NCBI GenBank assembly: GCA_017523925.1
Contig: JAFWVQ010000011.1
Location: 32,731-96,730 of the forward strand
Direction of reading: 5' to 3'
Origin: Clostridia bacterium
GTDB lineage: Bacteria; Bacillota; Clostridia; Christensenellales; CAG-138
DNA: 64,000 nucleotides
A program made the position numbers and the translations under genes. Positions 9,020-16,196 of the stretch are shown piece by piece (position 1 is the stretch's first letter; each line of letters opens with the position of its first letter). The notes under the pieces were generated by a model. The model saw only the letters and a list, made by a program, of their open reading frames with translations, was not told where the DNA came from and made no database searches.

Positions 9020-9223
9020 ATAGATGAAGCGCTATGGAAGCACATTATACTAAATCGGCGCGGCGGAGAGCATCAGCCAAGGCTTTCCGCACGGCAACAA
9101 GCCCCGCAAAAGATGCACTCTGCCGCATGAACGGGGCGCAGGCCGGTTCGCGATGGCGGAAAAGCTTTTTGCGGCGCATTTGCGGGGGCATGGGACGCGG
9201 CTTTCATAGGACCAAACCTCGGC

Positions 9224-9253
9224 AAAAAAGGGCTCCCGCAATAAGCTGGGCCC
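9224..9253 (-). terminator. Terminator-like hairpin downstream of the TIR-NACHT-LRR gene
   Basis: Minus strand reads GGGCCCAGCttattGCGGGAGCCC followed by TTTTTTGCC. The stem is imperfect (bulge/mismatch). Confidence 0.45.
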
Positions 9254-9321
9254 AGCATAGGTCAAGCGCCGTAAAGCCAGCCTGTCCGCAGTATAAACTC
9301 GCCGCAAGCGATATGGCCCCG

Positions 9322-12300
9322 CTATCCGCGATAGTTGAACACTATTTCGGCGGAGGTGAGGGGGGTGTTAAAAGAACCGATTCTTACCCGTCTCCACTCG
9401 GCTTCGCTGCAGGTGAAATAGACGGTATTGAGCCCGGTGCAGCCGTGGAAAGCCCGCCTGCCGATCTTGGTCACGCTGCTTGGTATTATGATGCTTGTAA
9501 GCCCGGTGCAGCCTTCGAAAGCCCCGCCGCCGATCTCGGTTACGCTGTCGGGAATGGAGATGCTTGCAAGGCCGATGCAGCCGGAGAAAGCCCGAATATC
9601 GATCTCGGTCACGCTGCTTGGGATGGAGATACTTGTAAGAAGGTAGCAGCCTTCGAAAGCCGAAATGCCGATCTTGGTCACGCTGCTTGGGATGGTGATG
9701 CTTTTAAGACCGGTGCAGCCTGAGAAAGCCGAATGGCCGATCTCGGTCACGCTGCCGGGGATGGTGATGCTTGTAAGAAGGTAGCAGCCTTCGAAAGCCG
9801 AAATGCCGATCCAGGTCACGCTGCTTGGGATGGTGATGCTTGTAAGGCCGGTGCAGCGGAAGAAAGCCCTATCGCCGATCTTGGCTACACTGCTTGGGAT
9901 GGTGATGCTTGTAAGAAGGTAGCAGCCTTCGAAAGCCGAAATGCCGATCTTGGTCACGCTGTCTGGAATGATGATGCTTGTAAGACCGGTGCAGTAAGAA
10001 AAAGCTCCTCCAAAAAACGAACCTCCTATCTCGGTTACACTGCTTGGGATGAAGATGCTTGTAAGACCGGTGCAGCCGTAGAAAGCCCCGCTGCCGATCT
10101 TGGTCTCTCCATCCGGAATTCGAACAAAGCCCTTTAGCGCCTTATCCCGCCTATACGCGTTGTCATATAATAGTTGGCACAACTCAGCCCTTCGGTCGTC
10201 CTTTAGCGCCTTATCCCCCCTATACGCGGCCTTCTCCATCTTTCGTACCGATTCCGGATACGCGCTGTCCACGCGGGCAACATAAACGCTTTGCAGGCAT
10301 TCCCACTCGTTTTCGGAGAACAGCGCGCAAACCTCCTTTTTAAGCTCCCCTCGCAGATATTCCCTTTCCGCCGAGCCGCCATCCGTGGAGAGATTGGGCA
10401 GAAACTCACGAAGTGCCGGGTAAACGGCGGGATAATAGAAAAGCTCCTCATAGGGATTCGCGCCCTTTTTGCAGATAAACTTACCGTTATTTGGAGAGCC
10501 GCTCTCGATCCCATCGCAGCCCCTTTCAAGCATGCCCGAGAGAAGTGCAGACGCTGCCCTTGCCCTGTGACGCCTGAACTGGGAAACAGCGCCGCAGAGC
10601 GTATCGTACTCCGGCGTATCCGCATTTTGCAGCTCCTCGAGCAGGGGTTCAAGATAGGTTTTGCTGTCCTCGCTCGTGCTGTCCAGCAGGCAGAGCAGCG
10701 CCTCAGTCACGCTGTTCCAGTAGTCCGTGCCGCTTCGGAGCGCGGCCGCCTCGGTCTCGTCGATCGGGCTGTTGCCGCCTTTTGTGCGTCTTTTCATCAG
10801 AAACAGCAGGTAATACGCGGCATAGGTCGCCGCCAAAAACTCATGCCGGAAGCCGCTTTCATCGAATAGCCCGCCTGCGCCGAAGAGCGTTTTGTATTCA
10901 TTGATCAACTTGCGGTCATCGCTATCGGTTTTATCCAGCCTGTATAGCTCCGTTGCCTTTTCAATAAGCGCGGCTTTTTCCGCCTGTGAGCGCATGCCCT
11001 CATCGCGCTCGCGGTAGAGCCTATATGCGGCGGCGCCGAGCACGGTCTTAACGTCCTCAACGTCTATATTGGCGCAACCGTTCTTCTGCATATCGCGCTC
11101 TATCATATTGTCCATCACGCTGACGATCGCATCGAAGCGGGTCTCGGGAAGCTTCGCGCATGAAATGAATGTGGAGAATACCGCGAAAAGCATGAAGGGA
11201 TTGCGCGAGACGGTTTTATAATCTCTTAGCTCCTTTTCCTTCTGCTTTACAGCGGCGAGGAACGCTTCGCTCACGCCCTCATCCGCCCTAAGCGCGGGCG
11301 CGAGCTTGCGAACGTATTCATCGCGCTGCCTTTCATCGAAGGGCTTGACGGAATAGCGCCGCACAACGGTGCTTTGGCTGTGGTCGATCGTCATATCTCC
11401 GCCGCCGGAAACGAGCTTCTGCCCGGGGCGCGTGGTGAAAAGGATGCGAAAGCTCCACTCTTTTTCCAGCACAAGATGGCTGTGTATGGCTTCGAGCAGC
11501 CTGTCCATCTGCGAGGGCGAGACCTCGTCCATTGCGTCGAAGATGAAAAGCGCCCTGCCGTGGCGAAGCAGCGCCTCGATCGCCGGGCGGGGGAGCCGCG
11601 AGTCCTCCGCAAGCTCATTCAGAAAATCGGCGGGCCTGTTAAGAGATTCGGACTTGATGCCCTTGCACTCGAAATACAGCGGAAACAGCGCATCCTTGGA
11701 AAGCCCGTTCTGCGCGGCGCTTTTGGCAAGCCTTATGCAGGCATGCCTTGCAAAGGAGGATTTGCCCTGCCCGGCATCGCCGGTGATCACCGAGAAGCGT
11801 TCGCTTGCAAGCTTCTCAAGCAGGCCGTTTTCGTCAATATCGCTCGGCGCGGCGCTCTCCCTCCGGTTCTCCTTTTCGTTACGCTCTTCTTCGGTCAAAT
11901 GCCGCTGAAAGGTCTTTGGAACGTAGGAATTCTCAAGCGTCAGCCCCTCGCTGCTGTAATCGCCCAGAATGCGCACGGGATTCAGCCTTTCGGCCTGCCT
12001 TTCGAGAAACTGCTTATAATATGGTATGTCGCCGCTCTTGCAGAAGGTGTCGAAAATAAGGGCTGAAAGGCTCTCGCGCTTTTCGCGGAGCTGATCCTCG
12101 CGCGTTTCATATTGGGGGTCGATACTTACGCCGTTCTGTGCAAGCAGGTGCTTTTGCAGGATGCGCAGGTCGTCGTCCGTGCAGCTCGCCGAAAGCACCC
12201 TCTCGGCGGCGCTCATCGCTTCCGCCTCGGAAGGGGTTTGGATGTTCCCGCCCCTGTGCGAAAGTATAGGCACGATCTTCCTGCCTTCAACGATCGCCTT

Positions 12301-12573
12301 TGCAAGCTCGAAAAGGCAGTAGTCATTATCGTTTTCCCTGCCGCCGAGCGTGCCGAACGCCAGATACTGCTCGGTGACTATCGGCATGAACACGATGCAT
12401 GAAGCCACCTTGCCCGCAATGGCATGCTTAAAATTGCCGCTTCCGAGAAATTCCTTATCCCAAGCGGCATTAAGCCCGGTGATCTCCTCAACGGAACGCA
12501 CGAAGCTATCGAAGTATTTGTCATCCGGGTTGTCCTGCCAGCGGTAGCTGATAAAGATCGGCTCCGATTCCAT
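9322..12573 (-). CDS. TIR - NACHT-type STAND NTPase - BspA-type leucine-rich-repeat protein (bacterial NLR-like, candidate defence sensor)
   Basis: There is no signal peptide. The TIR-like N-terminus spans aa 4 to about 140 (IFISYRWQD; DYCLFELAKA with E89, codon 12307..12309). NTPase motifs are Walker A VITGDAGQGKS (K271, codon 11761..11763), Walker B LFIFDAMDEV and RILFTTRP. A helical linker of about 400 aa follows. Aa 819-1052 form ten 23-aa repeats IPSSVTxIGxxAFxGCxxLTSIx. GGAGGTG lies 5 nt upstream of ATG 12573. Confidence 0.85.
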   Translation of the reverse strand: MESEPIFISYRWQDNPDDKYFDSFVRSVEEITGLNAAWDKEFLGSGNFKHAIAGKVASCIVFMPIVTEQYLAFGTLGGRENDNDYCLFELAKAIVEGRKIVPILSHRGGNIQTPSEAEAMSAAERVLSASCTDDDLRILQKHLLAQNGVSIDPQYETREDQLREKRESLSALIFDTFCKSGDIPYYKQFLERQAERLNPVRILGDYSSEGLTLENSYVPKTFQRHLTEEERNEKENRRESAAPSDIDENGLLEKLASERFSVITGDAGQGKSSFARHACIRLAKSAAQNGLSKDALFPLYFECKGIKSESLNRPADFLNELAEDSRLPRPAIEALLRHGRALFIFDAMDEVSPSQMDRLLEAIHSHLVLEKEWSFRILFTTRPGQKLVSGGGDMTIDHSQSTVVRRYSVKPFDERQRDEYVRKLAPALRADEGVSEAFLAAVKQKEKELRDYKTVSRNPFMLFAVFSTFISCAKLPETRFDAIVSVMDNMIERDMQKNGCANIDVEDVKTVLGAAAYRLYRERDEGMRSQAEKAALIEKATELYRLDKTDSDDRKLINEYKTLFGAGGLFDESGFRHEFLAATYAAYYLLFLMKRRTKGGNSPIDETEAAALRSGTDYWNSVTEALLCLLDSTSEDSKTYLEPLLEELQNADTPEYDTLCGAVSQFRRHRARAASALLSGMLERGCDGIESGSPNNGKFICKKGANPYEELFYYPAVYPALREFLPNLSTDGGSAEREYLRGELKKEVCALFSENEWECLQSVYVARVDSAYPESVRKMEKAAYRGDKALKDDRRAELCQLLYDNAYRRDKALKGFVRIPDGETKIGSGAFYGCTGLTSIFIPSSVTEIGGSFFGGAFSYCTGLTSIIIPDSVTKIGISAFEGCYLLTSITIPSSVAKIGDRAFFRCTGLTSITIPSSVTWIGISAFEGCYLLTSITIPGSVTEIGHSAFSGCTGLKSITIPSSVTKIGISAFEGCYLLTSISIPSSVTEIDIRAFSGCIGLASISIPDSVTEIGGGAFEGCTGLTSIIIPSSVTKIGRRAFHGCTGLNTVYFTCSEAEWRRVRIGSFNTPLTSAEIVFNYRG
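9418..10119 (-). repeat. Tandem 69-bp coding repeats (ten LRR modules) inside the NLR-like gene
   Basis: Modules 3, 5 and 7 encode the identical peptide IGISAFEGCYLLTSI. The plus-strand shadow ORFs (9034..9723, 9733..10137) show the same periodicity (ESPxADLGHAAWDGDACK). Confidence 0.9.
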
Positions 12574-12608
12574 AGCGCACCTCCGAAAAAGATGTCTGAT
12601 CTTGAATT

Positions 12609-12624
12609 ATTATACATTATACCA
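12609..12624 (-). promoter_or_regulatory. Extended -10 promoter of the TIR-NACHT-LRR gene
   Basis: Minus strand reads TTGGTATAATGTATAAT: TGgTATAAT at 12624..12616 and a second TATAAT at 12614..12609. These lie about 35-45 nt upstream of the ATG. Confidence 0.5.
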
Positions 12625-12827
12625 AATCGCCGCGCAAATGGGAAGAGGCGGGATCGGAAAGGAAAAGGCGCGCCTCAGCCGCCTCTGCCGCCGCTATTCG
12701 CGAAAAATGAATGCATTTTCACGGCGGCCTTCCTCCGTATCCGCGAAGCAAAGCTGTATCGGTTCACGCTCCGAATGAATACTGTGAGGATATGTAGACA
12801 TCCCATTCGTGACAAGGGGGAAGGAAA

Positions 12828-13745
12828 ATGAGTGAAGATTGGAAGGCAGCCGACGCGGAGAAGACCTTAGGCAGCGCGGCGAAAACCTCGGGCGCGGGGG
12901 AGGCTGCGTTCGGCGCGGCAAAAACAGCAGGCGCAGAGGAGAACTTAGACAGCGCGGCAAAAACCTCGGGCGCGGGCGAGACCGTCGCCGAGCTTATAAA
13001 CGCGAGCCTGGTTTATCAGGAGCCGGAGAGGGAGACGCCGGCGGTGGAGCGCTGCTCCTTCGAGGTGAAAAAGGGGGAGCTGCTTTCGCTCGTGGGTCCT
13101 TCGGGCTGCGGCAAAACGAGCGTTCTGTCGATGCTGGCGGGGATAGTGAAGCCGAGCTCGGGCAGTGTGCTCGTTTCGGGAAAGCCGCCCGATCCGAGGG
13201 ATAATCAAACGGGCTATATGCTGCAGCGCGACCATCTGCTTGATTGGCGAACGATCGAGGACAACGTGCTTTTGGGCTTGGAGGTAAAGGGCAGATTGAA
13301 TGACGAAACGCGGGAGTATGCGCTCTCGCTTCTGGATAAATGTGCGCTTTCGGCGTTCGGCGGGCATTACCCGCGCCAGCTTTCGGGCGGAATGCGGCAG
13401 AAGGCGGCGCTCGTGCGCACGCTTGCGTTTTCGCCGGAGCTGCTGCTGCTTGACGAGCCGTTTTCGGCGCTGGATTATCAGCAGCGCCTGCTGCTTTCCG
13501 CCGAGGTGCATTCGATCATCAAGCGCGGGGGTTATACGGCCGTGCTCGTGACGCACGATATCTCCGAGGCGATAGCGATGGGCGATCGGATAATCGTGTT
13601 TTCGTCCCGCCCCGCGCGCGTTCGGCGGGAGATCGCGGTGGAGCTCGGCGGCGGGCCGATGGAGCGGCGCACGGATCCGCGCTTCAATGCGTATTTCGAC
13701 CTGGTTTGGGGCGAGCTGGAAGGGGGTGCGGACAATGCGCGCTGA
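12828..13745 (+). CDS. ABC transporter ATP-binding protein (NitT/TauT-like) with a repetitive ~55-aa N-terminal extension
   Basis: Walker A GPSGCGKTS, signature LSGGMRQKAAL, Walker B LLLLDEPFSALD, H-loop VTHD. The N-terminus carries two copies of AAKTSGAGE. GGGGGAAGGAAA precedes the ATG. Confidence 0.9.
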   Translation: MSEDWKAADAEKTLGSAAKTSGAGEAAFGAAKTAGAEENLDSAAKTSGAGETVAELINASLVYQEPERETPAVERCSFEVKKGELLSLVGPSGCGKTSVLSMLAGIVKPSSGSVLVSGKPPDPRDNQTGYMLQRDHLLDWRTIEDNVLLGLEVKGRLNDETREYALSLLDKCALSAFGGHYPRQLSGGMRQKAALVRTLAFSPELLLLDEPFSALDYQQRLLLSAEVHSIIKRGGYTAVLVTHDISEAIAMGDRIIVFSSRPARVRREIAVELGGGPMERRTDPRFNAYFDLVWGELEGGADNAR

Positions 13746-14577
13746 AAGATCGCAAAGGGATCCCGTGGCGGCAAGCGCGGCGCATACGGCGTTTCTCAAA
13801 ATGCTGCGGCGGCACAACCGCTTCATAATCGCTGTTCGGCTTGCGCTCTTAGTCGGGTTTTTCATGCTGTGGGAGATATCGGCGAGGCTCGGCATAATAA
13901 ACAGCTTCATTTTTTCAAGCCCCTCGAGGGTGGCGCAAACGCTTGCAAGGCTCACCTCGAGCGGCGAGCTTTTTCACCACGTGGGCGTAACGATGCTTGA
14001 AACGGTGCTCGGCTTCACGATCGGCACTCTCGCGGGAACGCTCTTCGCGGCGCTGCTCTGGTGGAGCACAACGCTTGAGCGCATACTCGATCCGTACATG
14101 GTGGTGCTGAACGCACTGCCGAAGATCGCGCTCGGGCCGATACTGATCGTTTGGGTCGGCTCGGGCGTGGAGGCGATCGTGGTGATGGCGCTGCTGGTCT
14201 CGACCGTGGTAACGGTGATGACCGTGCTCACCGGCTTCAACGATATCTCCTCGGAGAAGCAGCTTCTGATGCGCACGCTCGGCGCAACGCGGCTGCAGAC
14301 CTTTATGAAGGTGGTGCTTCCCGCAAGCGTTCCAACGCTGATCGGGGCCTTGAAGCTCTCGGTCGGCATGAGCTGGGTGGGCGTGATCGTGGGCGAATAC
14401 CTCGTTTCAAAGGCGGGGCTCGGATACCTGATCGTGTACGGCGGGCAGGTGTTCAAGCTCGATCTCGTGATGGCGAGCATCGTGGTGCTCTGCGCGCTCG
14501 CCGCGATAATGTATTACGCCGTGGCGCTGTGGGAAAAAAGCCTGCTGAAAAAGCGCGGGGAGGGCGCGCTGCGCTGA
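13735..14577 (+). CDS. ABC transporter permease (NitT/TauT-like)
   Basis: I place the start at ATG 13735 (GGGGGTG 8 nt upstream), overlapping the ATPase stop. It has multiple TM helices and an EAA-like region (LLMRTLGATRLQTFMKVVLPASVPTL). Confidence 0.85.
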   Translation: MRAERSQRDPVAASAAHTAFLKMLRRHNRFIIAVRLALLVGFFMLWEISARLGIINSFIFSSPSRVAQTLARLTSSGELFHHVGVTMLETVLGFTIGTLAGTLFAALLWWSTTLERILDPYMVVLNALPKIALGPILIVWVGSGVEAIVVMALLVSTVVTVMTVLTGFNDISSEKQLLMRTLGATRLQTFMKVVLPASVPTLIGALKLSVGMSWVGVIVGEYLVSKAGLGYLIVYGGQVFKLDLVMASIVVLCALAAIMYYAVALWEKSLLKKRGEGALR

Positions 14578-14621
14578 AGCGATGCCGCTTTCAAATAGGA
14601 TCGCAGATAGATGCAATATTT

Positions 14622-14651
14622 AAGGAAGGAGCCCGGGAGTGCCCCTTCCTT
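14622..14651. terminator. Hairpin between convergent genes (possible bidirectional terminator)
   Basis: AAGGAAGG (14622-14629) pairs with CCTTCCTT (14644-14651) across a GC-rich 14-nt loop. Confidence 0.35.
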
Positions 14652-14684
14652 ACCTTATCAGCATAAAAACAGTTTTTCCGCGCC

Positions 14685-15443
14685 TTATCCCCACCAGTAC
14701 GATACTGCAAACACCATCTCCTCGGGTGTGCAGCGGGTGGAATAAAGCGTGCAGCGAAACGCGTGCGAGGACGGTGCGCTGTGGTGGAAGCGGATATCCT
14801 CGCCCTCGTATTTGGCCTCCCTTCCCATCGTTTCCTCCTCGATCTCCCGTGCGCCGAGGCCGGAATCGGGCTCGTAGGGCGGGTGGTCCCAATACGGCTC
14901 ACTGCTCGGGAGCCACATGAGCGAGCGATCATCGGGATCATAGCTTTGAATATAGCCCAGCACGAACGCTTTCTCTTGGCTCACGAAGCCGCCCGCCGCG
15001 CACTCCGCGTCCACAAAGGAAAAATCATACTCTTCATCGGCGATCATACGCATGAGGCTGTCAGCCTCCATCCCCTCGCTGTACCCGGGAAGCTCGCGCG
15101 GCACGATGCGAAACATAAAGAAGTATTCGCTCCCGCGCAAGTAGCTGTGCTTGCGCCCGTAGAGAAACTCCGCATTCTCGGGCAGCGTGAGCCCGTAATC
15201 ATTCTGCAATCGGAAGGCGATGCTCTGATGCGCGTATCGCCCCTCGAAATACTCGTCGAAGCTCGAATAGATGTGATCGTTCAGCCCCCTCGCCTCGCGC
15301 GATTCGTACACGCAGGAGGCGACGGTGAAATAGCCGAAGATAAGTCCGAGCGGCACGAGCGGCACGCTCAAAACGATCACCGCGAACAGCAGCGCCCCGA
15401 GCAGCTTCTTCATCGCCTCGCCGAATCTTTCGGAAGCCTTCAT
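14685..15443 (-). CDS. Hypothetical membrane-anchored protein
   Basis: 252-aa ORF with GGAGGAGG upstream and an N-terminal TM segment LLGALLFAVIVLSVPLVPLGLIFGYF. I recognise no motif. Confidence 0.6.
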   Translation of the reverse strand: MKASERFGEAMKKLLGALLFAVIVLSVPLVPLGLIFGYFTVASCVYESREARGLNDHIYSSFDEYFEGRYAHQSIAFRLQNDYGLTLPENAEFLYGRKHSYLRGSEYFFMFRIVPRELPGYSEGMEADSLMRMIADEEYDFSFVDAECAAGGFVSQEKAFVLGYIQSYDPDDRSLMWLPSSEPYWDHPPYEPDSGLGAREIEEETMGREAKYEGEDIRFHHSAPSSHAFRCTLYSTRCTPEEMVFAVSYWWG

Positions 15444-15605
15444 TTGAGCATTCCTCCTCCCTTTCCTTATCCGATATTCTATTGCAATACGGCTTGGCTG
15501 TCAAGCGGTTTTATCCGATTATTAATATATATTCATTGTTTCTCAATATTGATTTGCCGAAAACCACGGCGATGGTACACCCTTGCCGACAGTTTGTGTT
15601 CCGAG

Positions 15606-15817
15606 TTATGCACATGGGCTTCGGGCATATCGGAGCCGATCACAAATATATTATTCCTCGTTTTTCGCCGTTTTTTGGTACCGCCCGTTTGCCGCCCGTT
15701 TTTTCGGACTTATCCACATTTTTGCGGCTTATCCACATGGATAATGTGGATAACTTGCCAAAAACGCATGCATCAACGGCTTTTTATTGTGGAAAAACCT
15801 GTGGATAATGTGGATAA
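15606..15817. promoter_or_regulatory. DnaA-box cluster (five perfect and at least two 8/9 boxes)
   Basis: Perfect TTATCCACA at 15710..15718 and 15729..15737. Perfect TGTGGATAA at 15745..15753, 15800..15808 and 15809..15817. 8/9 matches are TTATGCACA at 15606..15614 and TGTGGAAAA at 15788..15796. An AT-rich tract lies at 15509..15555. Confidence 0.8.
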
Positions 15818-16099
15818 CCATATGTAAAAGTAGTGGAAAAGGGGCCGATACGGGCGCGTGACGGACGAAGCACGGCGCGGAGCCGTTCAAATATCTGCAC
15901 TTTCGCCCCCTATTGACAAGCGGATACTTCCCGCCCCGCCTGCATTTTCTGCGCAGGCTGTCTAAACTTGCCGCTTTGTGGGCTTTCGCGCGCCCCCGCC
16001 CGAGCGCCGTGCGAAGGCGCTTTTATCCGGTTTGAACGCGGTATCGGCCGCATCCTTTGCCGAAAAAACAAAATTTTTTAATTTTTTCGCCATATTTTG

Positions 16100-16128
16100 T
16101 TGACAAATTCGCCAAAATGCGGTATCCT
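16100..16128 (+). promoter_or_regulatory. Putative sigma-A promoter of the nucleobase permease gene
   Basis: TTGACA (16100..16105), a 17-nt spacer, then TATCCT (16123..16128). Confidence 0.4.
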
Positions 16129-16196
16129 TTAATATATAACCCCCGGGCGGGCGAGGCATGAACCTCCGAGGGCTCGGGCAGCAAGGAGCAAAAGCA

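Noticed and set aside
9034-10137. Plus-strand ORFs 9034..9723 and 9733..10137, with a striking internal repeat (ESPxADLGHAAWDGDACK).
   Set aside because: The periodicity mirrors the 69-bp LRR modules of the minus-strand NLR-like gene, which has the motifs, Shine-Dalgarno and promoter.
12625-12827. Possible riboswitch (TPP or other) in front of the NitT/TauT-type ABC transporter.
   Set aside because: Nested hairpins are present, but none of the conserved TPP (CUGAGA...ACCUGAUCUGGAUAAUGCCAGCG) or other riboswitch cores I know could be found. It is left unassigned.
16129-16196. Possible PyrR-binding attenuator or purine riboswitch in the permease leader (GC-rich hairpin CCGGGCGGGCGAGG...CCTCCGAGGGCTCGGG).
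   Set aside because: The leader is only about 70 nt. It does not match the PyrR loop consensus (ARUCCAGAGAGGYU) or purine-riboswitch junction motifs, and it has no terminator U-tract.
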